A stretch of 64,000 nucleotides of DNA, taken from positions 23,140 to 87,139 of IMG/VR virus record IMGVR_UViG_3300045988_126932; one strand, written 5' to 3'. Of the stretch, positions 1 through 10,185 are shown one piece after another. Source of the DNA: a virus. The notes below the pieces were generated by a model. It did not search any database and was not told the origin of the DNA. It worked only from the letters and a program-made list of their open reading frames with translations. Made by a program: the position numbers and the translations under genes. How positions within the stretch are numbered: position 1 is the first letter of the stretch; each line of letters opens with the position of its first letter.

Positions 1-1030
1 AACTTACATTATGTAATGTGGCTCTTGTAGTTTCTGCACCATCAAGATCAACTGGATCAAATACTGCAACTGGATTAATTAGTCCTGTGCGAGATGTATT
101 CCATTCAATATCTCTGATCGTTGTTTCGTAGAGGTCATCGATCCACTTTAATGCCATCATATTTAATGGATGATGTCCTGTTGTTCCAAGTGATTTACCA
201 TACTGATAATCGTTATAAGTAAAAATCAAACCATCAACAGGATATTCATATGTCTCTGGATCAAATTTCTCAATATATTCTTCGACATTATCTCGATTAA
301 CAATCTGATGTTCTACAACGTCAAATCCCTGCTCTGCAAGATATTTAAAACTATCTGCAATACTTGGCATTTCTTCCTCAGATACGCCATCAATTTTGAC
401 TAACTCAAATGCTTTATAGGCGAGCTTTCTTTCCTTTGCTACATTCGCATCTAACTGTCTAATTGTGCCTGCTGCCAGATTTCTTGCGTTCTTGTATTTA
501 CCATGCAACGCTTCATTGATTTTCTGGAAGTTTTCATAACTGATAACTGATTCGCCACGTACCTCAATACTACGCTTGTCAGGAATCTCAAGAGGTAAAT
601 TGAAAATCATACGTGCCGTATGAGTCACATCTTCTCCAATTTCTCCATTTCCCCTTGTAATTGCTTGTTTTAAGCGTCCTTTTTCATACCTTAGTACCAC
701 CGTCAAACCGTCTTCCTTCCACGATAAAACACCAATTTTATCCGCAAGAAATTTTTTGACCTCATTGACATCCTTCGTCTTCTGAGCTGATAACATTGGG
801 CGTGTATGCTTTACTTTAGCCAGAGAATCAATTACAAATCCTTGAACGTGGTGGATGGGCGAATTATTCAAAACAACGCCAGAATCTCTCTCAAGTCGTT
901 CTAAAGCAGCGCATAAATCGTCAAATTCTTTATCTGAAATGATCGGATTATCCTCTGCGTAGTACGCATATGAAGCATCATTGATTCTGTCGATCAAGAC
1001 ATTCATTTCTTTCACATATTCAGTTTTCAT
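1..1030 (-). CDS. ligA: NAD+-dependent DNA ligase, N-terminal part; gene continues beyond the window start
   Basis: Manual minus-strand translation from the ATG at 1030 reads MKTEYVKEMNVLIDRINDASYAYYAEDNPIISDKEFDDL, then KVKHTRPMLSAQK and ELVKIDGVS. These match LigA domain Ia and the KxDG adenylation motif. The frame stays open to position 1 and an AAGGAA RBS lies upstream. The supplied ORF track omits it because it runs off the edge. Confidence 0.75.
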   Translation of the reverse strand, partial: MKTEYVKEMNVLIDRINDASYAYYAEDNPIISDKEFDDLCAALERLERDSGVVLNNSPIHHVQGFVIDSLAKVKHTRPMLSAQKTKDVNEVKKFLADKIGVLSWKEDGLTVVLRYEKGRLKQAITRGNGEIGEDVTHTARMIFNLPLEIPDKRSIEVRGESVISYENFQKINEALHGKYKNARNLAAGTIRQLDANVAKERKLAYKAFELVKIDGVSEEEMPSIADSFKYLAEQGFDVVEHQIVNRDNVEEYIEKFDPETYEYPVDGLIFTYNDYQYGKSLGTTGHHPLNMMALKWIDDLYETTIRDIEWNTSRTGLINPVAVFDPVDLDGAETTRATLHNVS

Positions 1031-1113
1031 AATTTTTGGATTTTCCTTTTCTTGCTTATATTGTTTAGTTAATTATTTTAATTTGTGTTTCTATGTCTTT
1101 CAGTAACTGCCAA

Positions 1114-1752
1114 TTACTTCACTACATATATTTTTCTGTGCTGTTGCACATTTATTGTTTCGGAATGTGTTGATTTGAACACGTCTACATGCATTCCTTT
1201 TATTTTGCCTCCACAATCTTCTGCCACAAAGATTGTATCACCGTATCCCTCAATCTTAACTCTTGTTCCATAAGGGATAATGTTTTTATCAACCGCAATC
1301 GTATGATACGGTCGAGCAAATCTATGCCCTGCATGATTCCAAGCAATCTTAGATCCATATCCTTCAGAACATTCATAACATGGACAATATGCCGTGATCA
1401 AAAATGTTCCAAGTGAACTCTTTTCAAGTTCTTGCTTTCGCTTCAACCGCTGTCGTTTAATTCGCAATCGTTTCTTTCGAAGTTTTTCTAATCGAATCTG
1501 TCTTGCTTTCTCCTCATCAGCTTGCTTACATTTCTGATAATGCTCATGAACGTCTTTTAATTCAACGCTTTGACTGATTGGATTGTTTGAAATCACATTG
1601 CCTTGCTTATTTTCTGCAACAGTTGTCTCTGTTGATAAGGTTGAAGTCTCCACCGAGGGTCGCTCCTCTGCTTTAACCGTGTGAGTCATAAAGCCCGAAC
1701 ACATTGCTAAAAAACTAAACGAGACAACTTTCATTAAAAATCTTTTTCTCAT
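1114..1752 (-). CDS. secreted 3D-domain protein (MltA-like cell-wall-binding/lytic domain)
   Basis: There is a signal peptide (MRKRFLMKVVSFSFLAMCSG) and a C-terminal 3D-domain motif (TAYCPCYECSEGYG...IAVD...IPYGT...AEDCGGKIKG..VDVF). The start is set at the second ATG, after an AAGGAGA RBS; the first ATG is immediately followed by TGA. Confidence 0.6.
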   Translation of the reverse strand: MRKRFLMKVVSFSFLAMCSGFMTHTVKAEERPSVETSTLSTETTVAENKQGNVISNNPISQSVELKDVHEHYQKCKQADEEKARQIRLEKLRKKRLRIKRQRLKRKQELEKSSLGTFLITAYCPCYECSEGYGSKIAWNHAGHRFARPYHTIAVDKNIIPYGTRVKIEGYGDTIFVAEDCGGKIKGMHVDVFKSTHSETINVQQHRKIYVVK

Positions 1753-1772
1753 TTTCACATCTCCTTTCCTTA

Positions 1773-1832
1773 GCATATTGGTATCTTATCATACTTCTTG
1801 CACCCTGTCAATAGGTGCAAAGAATAAAGTTA
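1773..1832 (-). promoter_or_regulatory. conserved promoter/operator element, copy A (TTGACA -35 inside the palindrome TTGCACC-N9-GGTGCAA; -10 TAAGAT)
   Basis: The minus strand reads AAAAATTAACTTTATTCTTTGCACCTATTGACAGGGTGCAAGAAGTATGATAAGAT, followed by the AAGGAGA RBS of the 3D-domain gene. It is almost identical to copy B. Confidence 0.55.
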
Positions 1833-4103
1833 ATTTTTTAGGCTTAACCAAGTGCGCCTCTTATTATGATTTGTTACGATACATCTCTTGAACGCTTCTG
1901 GTTCTGCAAGGAGCGCAAATCTTTTCTTAGCTCGTGTTAGCATCGTATATAACATACAGTTATCAAGCAATTTGTAATGTGTGTTGTCAATAATACCAAT
2001 CACAGTTTGTGCAGCTGATCCTTGAAGTTTATGCGTGGTTAATGCATATGCCAATTGAAGTTGTCCTAACTGAGCGAAAGAATATTCAATCATCTTCTCT
2101 TCAATATTTGCGTTCATAGATACCAAGCATATTTCTTTTTCTTTATCAATTGCTGTAATATATCCAATATCACCATTGAATACATCTCGCTCGTAATCAT
2201 TTGAAGTCTGTAATACCTTATCTCCTAAATAGTATTTACGATCTTTGAATTCGACAAATGGTTTATTATTACCAGCAAATAATTCTTTCTGCACTGCTTT
2301 ATTCAATTCATCTGTACTGTTCGTGCAATTGCTTCTTCGTGGGGAAATAATCACAACATTATCAAGTCCTTCCTCTTTAACAGATTTAATATACTGCTTT
2401 ACTGCCATGTTAAATAACGATTCTCTATTCTTCCTGAACAAATAAAACATATCATTTAGTTCACCATGAACAATTTTTAATTGTGGACTATCCAATGGGT
2501 TAATTCCTCTACGAATCTTTCTTGCATCCGTTAAAATACCAGATTTTTCTGCTTGCCTCATCGGTTTGGTGAGCTGAACGCTATTCAAACCTTTCTTTTT
2601 TAACAGATCAGAGAAAATATTACCAAATCCAATCGGTGGCAACTGCATATAATCACCACAAAAAATTAATCGTGTTCCTGGTCGAATTGCCAATAAAAAA
2701 TTATAGAAAAGGCTCGCATTTGTCATACTACTTTCATCCATGATCACAACATCAGCAGGTAATGGGTTATCTTGGTTGTAGCAAAAACTATCAATACCTT
2801 CTGCCACAAGTAATCTATGAATAGTCCGTGAGTCCAAACCTGTTGCTTCTTTAATTCGCTGGGATGCTTTTGCAGATAATGCACACGCAACAATGCTATT
2901 ATTTCTTTTTTGGTAGCATTTTATAATTGGTTTCAGAATTGTTGTTTTACCAGTCCCAGCTTCTCCAGAAATAAACACAACTTGACAATTTAATGCTTTG
3001 TTAACTCCTGTAATTTGCTCTTCTGAAAACATAAACCCTTCTTCATCTTCAACCTCAGAAATCGTCTGACTAATCTCATTATCTGTTATTGGTTCGTAAT
3101 CTGTCGTGTTTCCAAATGAATATTTCTCCATATCTTTAATTAATTCGTAAATATCCATTTCAATTTTATGATACGATTTCAGACCAATTTTATCTCCAGA
3201 TGTATATAAATAATTTGGTAATTTTTTATCTGATTCTTCATCAAGCCATTCGTCAAACATAGGTAAACATTCAGACGCTGCATTACTAATATCGCTTCTT
3301 AAATTTTTGATATATACATATGTATGTCCATCATTATCACCAACTTGATGCAAGTCGTAGGAAATAAATGCATTTAACCGTTGATTTGAGCATCGCAATT
3401 CTGGTTTTAATTTGAGTGCAATATCATCAACTCGTTTAAACCCCATGCCCTTTACTCTAGTGAGTATATATGGATTTTGTTCAATCTGTTTTTTTAAAAC
3501 ACTTGGATTAGGTTCAGATTTCAACAATCTTTCAATCGTTGGTAATGTAACTCCGTATGGTTGTAACATTACAACAATATCAGAAATCACATAATTTTTA
3601 ATAATTTTATCTCTAAGTTTCTTCCAAGTCTTATCTCCCAATCCTTTGATTTCTGAATGGTCAATCATTTCTAACTGACCATTCATTACATCTTCAACAA
3701 CATTAGGGTATTTCGCAATTAACTGATCTGCGATCGTTGCATTCGTCTGTGTTTTTAAAAATACCTTTTGGGCTTCAAAAGTTTTAGGAACTTCAGCAAC
3801 TATAGAAAGTGGTTTATATTGGTATTCATTGTATTTCTTAGAATATGTCATATTAGCTTTAACTTTATATTTCGTTCCTAAATACAACTCCTGCATGTTA
3901 CCAACCAATTTGCCACATTTATTCATTTTTTTATCGGATAAGTCATCAAAATCATTATTGTTATATGGTTTGCATTCTGGCAAATCTTCTGCTGTACAGA
4001 ATGTGTAAATCCCAAATAAAGATTCTTCATTATAATAAATCTGATATAATGGGACAATCTCAAACTCATATTCTTTTGTACTATCCACCACTTTAGGCGA
4101 CAA
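1830..4103 (-). CDS. RecD2-like SF1 DNA helicase
   Basis: Walker A motif GEAGTGKTT, a Walker B-like DESSM and an SF1 C-terminal domain (LTTHKLQGS) are present. The called start is a TTG that overlaps the Pol III stop, so translational coupling is possible. The exact start is uncertain. Confidence 0.7.
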   Translation of the reverse strand: MSPKVVDSTKEYEFEIVPLYQIYYNEESLFGIYTFCTAEDLPECKPYNNNDFDDLSDKKMNKCGKLVGNMQELYLGTKYKVKANMTYSKKYNEYQYKPLSIVAEVPKTFEAQKVFLKTQTNATIADQLIAKYPNVVEDVMNGQLEMIDHSEIKGLGDKTWKKLRDKIIKNYVISDIVVMLQPYGVTLPTIERLLKSEPNPSVLKKQIEQNPYILTRVKGMGFKRVDDIALKLKPELRCSNQRLNAFISYDLHQVGDNDGHTYVYIKNLRSDISNAASECLPMFDEWLDEESDKKLPNYLYTSGDKIGLKSYHKIEMDIYELIKDMEKYSFGNTTDYEPITDNEISQTISEVEDEEGFMFSEEQITGVNKALNCQVVFISGEAGTGKTTILKPIIKCYQKRNNSIVACALSAKASQRIKEATGLDSRTIHRLLVAEGIDSFCYNQDNPLPADVVIMDESSMTNASLFYNFLLAIRPGTRLIFCGDYMQLPPIGFGNIFSDLLKKKGLNSVQLTKPMRQAEKSGILTDARKIRRGINPLDSPQLKIVHGELNDMFYLFRKNRESLFNMAVKQYIKSVKEEGLDNVVIISPRRSNCTNSTDELNKAVQKELFAGNNKPFVEFKDRKYYLGDKVLQTSNDYERDVFNGDIGYITAIDKEKEICLVSMNANIEEKMIEYSFAQLGQLQLAYALTTHKLQGSAAQTVIGIIDNTHYKLLDNCMLYTMLTRAKKRFALLAEPEAFKRCIVTNHNKRRTWLSLKN

Positions 4104-7100
4104 CCCCCTTCACTTTCTTAATATCTTCTAGCCATTGTTTATATGGTTTAATTTTCTTTGCGATAACCTTCTCGTCTGAATCTTTTCTGCATAACATCGC
4201 AATCTGATTTCCTTTGGCAATCATATCTTCATATTCTTTTAATTGCGAATGCCAGACGATTGCCTCAGTCAATCCAAAACTAGAATATAAATTCACATAT
4301 GCAAATGTCTTTTTATTTTTGTCTTTCTTTTTATCAACTTTAGCGATCACTGCAACCACAGTGCAATCATCTCCATTTTCAACATCTTGAAATTGTTTTG
4401 ACATATACTTGTATGCCTGATCAAATGGGTTATCGTTGATAAAGATTTGCAATGCTTCAAATTCCCAAAAATCTTCATTTTCAAGATATTTTTGATTCTG
4501 TGCGATAAATTTCTGAAATCGTTCTTTTTCCTTATCTTTGTACAATTCATACTTTTTATCGTTATAAGCTTTCAATATTGCATCTTTGTCGTAATCATAT
4601 TTCTTCTCACCTATACGGTAATCTTCAGCGTCAATATCCCATTTAATAAGTAATTGTTTGTAACTCGGTGCTTTTGCAACTGGCTTGAATGTTGTTGGCT
4701 GATACATAGATTTCAAATACTGAATTAAAGTTTTACGTTTATTCTTTGTTGGAATTGCACCTGCTTTGATCAACTGAATAACCTGTGATTTACTTGGACT
4801 AATACGTTTGCAAAAGTTTTCAAATCCTATGAATTTACCATTTTTATCACGGTCTTCAAGAATTACCTTTGCAATTTTTTCTCCAATACCACTGATAGCC
4901 GATAATCCAAACAATATATACACATCATCAATACTGAAATTCATCATTGATTTATTTAAGTTTGGTGGTAACACTTGAATCTTAAACGCCTTGGCATCAA
5001 GAATATATTTATTTACCATTCCTGCCTTATCTTTATTGCGATTCAATAAAGCTTTAAAGAAACATAATGCGTAATGCTTCTTTAAAAACGCTGTTTGTAA
5101 GCATAATACAGCGTAGGAGTACGCATGCGATTTGTTGAATAAGTATCCCCCTTTTTGGGATAGCGTCTCGCTAATCTGTTTTGCAATTTCTTCGGGGTAA
5201 CCATTCTCAATAATCTCATAATACAGCTTCTTAGATTCAGACTTCACAAGTTCGATATTCTTTTTACCAATCGCCTTACGGAATAAATCGGCTCCTCCAT
5301 AACTTCGACCACCAAATTTACGCACAATATCAAGTAATTGCTCTTGATAAATCATACATCCATACGTTTCCTTTAAGATCGGCTCCATATCTGGATGGAT
5401 ATATGTAATTTTCTCTGGGTGATGTTTATATTCAATGAATTCTTCCAAGACGTCCATTGCATCTGGTCTATACAATGCCAATACGGCAGCTAATTCTTCC
5501 ATATTTGATACCTGTAACCTAACCAGCAAGTCCTTCATACCAGCACTTTCGACCTGAAAAACACCATTCGTCATTGCACTACGCAATAATTCATATGATC
5601 CTTTATCCATTTCAAACTTTGGATTATTAATATTTACATCAAACTCAGTTAACCCTGCGTCAATTTCGGCTTCTTTTACAGTGTTTAATGTAGCAACACC
5701 CAAAATATCAAATTTGATAATCCCAATCTCTTCAACGATACGTTTATCTACTTGAATGACGTGTTCGCCATCAGTTCCAAGTTTCATTGCCATATAATCG
5801 CTAATATCTGTATCAACAATTCCTACACCACCTGCATGAGAAGATACTGTTTTGACTCTGCCTGCAAGATGTGATGCAACATCAAAAAGTTCTTCATATC
5901 TTGGGTTTTCTGCTAAATCTCTGTTATTCCACAAAGATTCTTCAATTGTGTCATATACGAATTTTTTACTTAATTTGTCCATCTCGTGATAATTGAACCC
6001 TAAGACCTTACCAACATCTTTGATTGCCACAATTGGAGTAATAAAACTGAAATTGATAATCTGGCATACTCTGTTTTCGCCATACTTATCGATCAAATAT
6101 TGGATAATCTCATCTCGTGTACCAACATCTGTATCTGTATCTGGCATTGAAATTCGCTCTGGATTTAAAAATCTTTCAAAAATCAGTCCATATTTGATAG
6201 GATCTAAGTCTGTAATTGTAATCGTGTAACACACCAAACTACCTGCACAACTACCTCGACCAGCACCAATTGGAATACCATTTTCTCTTGCAAAATTGAT
6301 AAAATCCCAAACAATCAAGAAGTATCCATCGAATCCCATTGAATGAATAATATCTAACTCATAATCAATTCTTTCTTTTCTGAGTTTCTGCTCATCTTCT
6401 GGTAATTTATCGAATCCTCGTTTTACCCACCCTGTATCAATCAGATACTTTAAATAAGAATAATTATCTTCAAATCCTTCTGGTAATGGGAAAGATGGTA
6501 ACTGAGGTGCTTGAAATGGCATGTGAATTTCATCAATTAAATCTGCAATCCTATCAGTTTCTTCAAGCCCTTTAGTCACTGCGTCTTCTCCAATTTGGCT
6601 ATCCATAATTGCATGAATTTCATCATCACATTGTAAATAACATCCTTCATAAATTTCCGCTGCGGTTTCAGTATCGTGAGCAAGCTTTACATGCCAGTTC
6701 TGATAATACAGGTCTTCTTTTCTAGCAGCATGACTATCAGTTGTGATAATGTATGGCGTCTTCGTGTCTTTGGAAAGCTGTATGATTTTCTGATTATATA
6801 CCACTTGATCCTGATGTGAATGTGACTGCATTTCTAAATAAAAATATGGAAAAATCTCTTTGTATTCACGAACATATTCAATACATTTCTGATAATCTGG
6901 CTCTCTGGCAAGTTTAGATGCCAAACAAGCACTACTCACAACCAGATCCTTAGCATATGGTTTCAACGCATTCAGATCAATTCGTGGCTTGTAGTAAAAT
7001 CCATGAAAATTTGAATCAGTTACCAATTGATTAATTGCTTTTCTACCATTCTCATTCTTTGCCAATACAATTAAATGGAAATATTTGCTATCCTTATTCT

Positions 7101-7326
7101 GTTCTGTCATATCAAAGCATTCATAAAATTCAACTCCAAAAATCAATTTAACACTTGGATATTTCTCATGAAGCTTATCATAATAGCACCAACTATACTC
7201 ATTGCCATGTTCTGTGATAGCCAGTGCTTTTAGTCCTATCTCTTCTGCTCTTTGTAAGTTTTCTTCAGGTAATGCATATCCATCTAATAATGAATAATGC
7301 GAATGTGTATGTAATGAACTGCTCAC
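4093..7326 (-). CDS. dnaE: DNA polymerase III alpha subunit (DnaE-type, PHP domain)
   Basis: The protein is 1077 aa and opens with a PHP-domain N-terminus (HTHSHYSLLDGY, ITEHGN). Its length and internal motifs fit Pol III alpha. The start is a GTG preceded by a GAGGTGA RBS. Confidence 0.85.
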   Translation of the reverse strand: MSSSLHTHSHYSLLDGYALPEENLQRAEEIGLKALAITEHGNEYSWCYYDKLHEKYPSVKLIFGVEFYECFDMTEQNKDSKYFHLIVLAKNENGRKAINQLVTDSNFHGFYYKPRIDLNALKPYAKDLVVSSACLASKLAREPDYQKCIEYVREYKEIFPYFYLEMQSHSHQDQVVYNQKIIQLSKDTKTPYIITTDSHAARKEDLYYQNWHVKLAHDTETAAEIYEGCYLQCDDEIHAIMDSQIGEDAVTKGLEETDRIADLIDEIHMPFQAPQLPSFPLPEGFEDNYSYLKYLIDTGWVKRGFDKLPEDEQKLRKERIDYELDIIHSMGFDGYFLIVWDFINFARENGIPIGAGRGSCAGSLVCYTITITDLDPIKYGLIFERFLNPERISMPDTDTDVGTRDEIIQYLIDKYGENRVCQIINFSFITPIVAIKDVGKVLGFNYHEMDKLSKKFVYDTIEESLWNNRDLAENPRYEELFDVASHLAGRVKTVSSHAGGVGIVDTDISDYMAMKLGTDGEHVIQVDKRIVEEIGIIKFDILGVATLNTVKEAEIDAGLTEFDVNINNPKFEMDKGSYELLRSAMTNGVFQVESAGMKDLLVRLQVSNMEELAAVLALYRPDAMDVLEEFIEYKHHPEKITYIHPDMEPILKETYGCMIYQEQLLDIVRKFGGRSYGGADLFRKAIGKKNIELVKSESKKLYYEIIENGYPEEIAKQISETLSQKGGYLFNKSHAYSYAVLCLQTAFLKKHYALCFFKALLNRNKDKAGMVNKYILDAKAFKIQVLPPNLNKSMMNFSIDDVYILFGLSAISGIGEKIAKVILEDRDKNGKFIGFENFCKRISPSKSQVIQLIKAGAIPTKNKRKTLIQYLKSMYQPTTFKPVAKAPSYKQLLIKWDIDAEDYRIGEKKYDYDKDAILKAYNDKKYELYKDKEKERFQKFIAQNQKYLENEDFWEFEALQIFINDNPFDQAYKYMSKQFQDVENGDDCTVVAVIAKVDKKKDKNKKTFAYVNLYSSFGLTEAIVWHSQLKEYEDMIAKGNQIAMLCRKDSDEKVIAKKIKPYKQWLEDIKKVKGVVA

Positions 7327-7337
7327 TAACTTTCACC

Positions 7338-9086
7338 TCAATCCCAAATATCTTCGTCTAATTCTTCATCTGCTGTAATGCTCAGAACATTAAGATCATC
7401 AACTGCAATTTGATATTGTCTAATACCATTAAAAATATTAGTTTGCGCAGTTCCTACTAATTCAAATGTAACTGTACCTTCGTCAGAGAAATCGTTCATA
7501 ATCCAATCATAGATTTTATTCTTCTCATCGCACTTGAACATCACGCATGGAATATCATTAATTTTAAATTGGATTGTGTCCATTTTCTTACCAACAACAT
7601 TAATCTCTTCCTTATTTAATGTAATATTCTTAACAGCGATCATCGGATCATCAATACCCTGCCCACGAATATCATCTAACTTAGACATTTCCTGTAGTAA
7701 CGCAAAGTCTAATCTGTAAGCATCTACGATGAAATCAACTCTATAAGTTGCATCATATTCAACATCTTTCAGTCTGTCGTTTAATTCTGTGATTGCTTCA
7801 GAGATATTATCTGTCGAACATCCAAATGCATTGGCGTGACCTTTTGCCCATAAAAATGAATTTGTCTCGGATATTACATCTTTCAAACTATCAATTGGGC
7901 TATGGTCTACATTCCTTGCACTACCACTCATTTCTACTAATCCTGTTTCTGGGTTAGTATGCTTTCGTAATAATAAGCATGGTCTGTTCATATCTTCAGC
8001 GATCTTGATAGCAACCAATCCTGTTAAACTGCTATCTAATGTTTCTGTAACATCAAGAATAGTAATCTTGCTATCTTTATCTTTTTCAGCCTCTTTCATA
8101 ATAATTGGAACCATCTTTTTCTTTTGACGATCCTGTTTGCCTTTGGCATTTTTGCATAATCGAGCAGCACGATCGTAAATGTTCTCTTTGATTACTTCCG
8201 CAGGATTGTTTTTTGTTGCTCTTTTCTTATAATCAAATACCTCATAGTCTTCGATAAATGCTCTAAAAACCAATTCTTTATCTTTCAAAGAACCAAATCG
8301 CACCATACCATTGATAATTGGAACGATATACCACTGAATATTATGAATATTAACAATACTGTGCATTGAATAATCTTGTGCATTGATCAGCGCTTTGAAG
8401 CATTCATTCTGAATATTCTGTATTCCTTTATTGACTAAACGACGTGTTTCAAAGGATCTCATATCCATCACATCACCAATATTGGCTAATGCACATAAAT
8501 CTAAATAATCATCTGCATAATTAATCCATAATTCATCATCCATTGCCTGTAAAAATCTATAGACAATCCCAGCCCCACATAAGTCTTTATTTCTATATCG
8601 TGGACTACACTGATTATTTACAATTACAACTTCCTCTGGCATTATTTCTTCAGATTCTTCTTTTTCATGGTGATCAAGAATTACAATCTGTACGCCACGG
8701 TCTACAAGTTCTGTACATTGTGCTACATCATTGGTGCCTGCATCTGGAATTATTAGAAGTTTCACGTCTTCAGGTATAGTAATATCTTCACTTAATCCAT
8801 GAGCTTTTGCTTTTTTATGTAATAAGTAACAAATGTTACTCTTACCATCATAAAGTTCATTATTAATACGATTTAAGTACATGTATGCCATTGAAGCTGA
8901 GCAAAATCCGTCTACGTCCTCGTCAATTAAAATACCGATTTTATGTCCATTTTCAAGTGCAAAAGTCGTTGTATTTACTGCGTTTTTGATACCATCTAAA
9001 TCGGCATAATCTTGAATTACGCTATCATCGAGGTTCAAATACGTTTTATAATCATCAATCCCTCTATTTCTTAAAATTTCTGGCAC
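7338..9086 (-). CDS. DHH-family phosphoesterase (RecJ-like)
   Basis: DHH motifs are present: IDEDVDGFCSAS, DAGTND and ILDHHE. The start is a GTG with a distant SD, so it is uncertain. Confidence 0.65.
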   Translation of the reverse strand: MPEILRNRGIDDYKTYLNLDDSVIQDYADLDGIKNAVNTTTFALENGHKIGILIDEDVDGFCSASMAYMYLNRINNELYDGKSNICYLLHKKAKAHGLSEDITIPEDVKLLIIPDAGTNDVAQCTELVDRGVQIVILDHHEKEESEEIMPEEVVIVNNQCSPRYRNKDLCGAGIVYRFLQAMDDELWINYADDYLDLCALANIGDVMDMRSFETRRLVNKGIQNIQNECFKALINAQDYSMHSIVNIHNIQWYIVPIINGMVRFGSLKDKELVFRAFIEDYEVFDYKKRATKNNPAEVIKENIYDRAARLCKNAKGKQDRQKKKMVPIIMKEAEKDKDSKITILDVTETLDSSLTGLVAIKIAEDMNRPCLLLRKHTNPETGLVEMSGSARNVDHSPIDSLKDVISETNSFLWAKGHANAFGCSTDNISEAITELNDRLKDVEYDATYRVDFIVDAYRLDFALLQEMSKLDDIRGQGIDDPMIAVKNITLNKEEINVVGKKMDTIQFKINDIPCVMFKCDEKNKIYDWIMNDFSDEGTVTFELVGTAQTNIFNGIRQYQIAVDDLNVLSITADEELDEDIWD

Positions 9087-9153
9087 AACATTAGAGGTAT
9101 CATTTGTGCCTCCTTCATATAATTTGTATTTTATATGTATAACCTTCCTGTTC

Positions 9154-10182
9154 TTATTTAAGTGTATACAAATAGTTGTTTAACAATAATTCCCATTTTT
9201 TAGGATCATCAGTAGGTGATTCTTTTTCATCAAGGATTCCTTCTTCTGAGTTATCCATAATGTATGAAATCGGAACTCCATCAATAAAACGATCGCCAAG
9301 CGTTTGAATCTCTTCTAACTCAACATCTTTGTCAAAAATAAATACTACTTCAACTCCGAGTCTTGTTAACATGTCAATTTGCTGTCTTGAAACTTGCTTG
9401 CCGCCAGTCGCCACAACATTTTGATATCCATATGACCATAGCTGCATGACAGCTTTTTCTGCTTCAGCAACATATACTCTTCCAGCCCTTTCTATATAAG
9501 GTAGAGTTTTATTCAATCCGTATAAGATTCTTTGTCTAGCGCATGGCTCAATATATAAATATTTCAAATCATGTTTATCTAACTCTTTCTTGAACAATCG
9601 TCCTTTAACACCTACCAAATCACCAATTTCAGAAAAAATAGGTATTGTAATTCTGTTTGTATCTTCGTCATAGCCAATATTAAATTCTTTCTGTGTTAAA
9701 TAAGTAATATGATCTTCATAAAACAGATCATTAACATAGTCCCTATAATAAGAAAGAATTCGTTTTGAAATTGGTTTGACTGGTTTATCTTCTTCGGTTT
9801 CTATATTTTCTTTCATATCATGAATCAATTGAGTGATCTGCAAACTTTCTGGCAGTTGCTCATTAAAATCATGATAATAATCTATGCCGATCAAATTGGC
9901 TAAATATTTTAAACCGTCTGGGAAAGACAGACTTTTTGTAAAGCATACCAAGTCAATTAAATCTGTCTGTCTTTCTTTTGCTGTCATTTTTCTTGTATAA
10001 TTTGTGCAATTTAGGTTTTCGTTGTTATATGTAATAACTGCGGATTCATTATCCCCATCTTTATTTGCGCAGCTCCAATATCCAGACGAATGATATTTAA
10101 TATGATGACAGCCTATATCTTTCAGAATATTTTCTACATAATTATTGTCGTATATATATTCTTTTAGCTGTGCTACATCCAT
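9154..10182 (-). CDS. DnaG-like DNA primase (zinc-binding N-terminus plus TOPRIM)
   Basis: A Cys/His cluster lies near the N-terminus, and the TOPRIM domain carries acidic motifs (VYVAEAEKAVM...VVFIFDKD). The ATG sits 3 nt after the helicase stop, so the two genes are probably coupled. Confidence 0.7.
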   Translation of the reverse strand: MDVAQLKEYIYDNNYVENILKDIGCHHIKYHSSGYWSCANKDGDNESAVITYNNENLNCTNYTRKMTAKERQTDLIDLVCFTKSLSFPDGLKYLANLIGIDYYHDFNEQLPESLQITQLIHDMKENIETEEDKPVKPISKRILSYYRDYVNDLFYEDHITYLTQKEFNIGYDEDTNRITIPIFSEIGDLVGVKGRLFKKELDKHDLKYLYIEPCARQRILYGLNKTLPYIERAGRVYVAEAEKAVMQLWSYGYQNVVATGGKQVSRQQIDMLTRLGVEVVFIFDKDVELEEIQTLGDRFIDGVPISYIMDNSEEGILDEKESPTDDPKKWELLLNNYLYTLK

Positions 10183-10185
10183 AAC

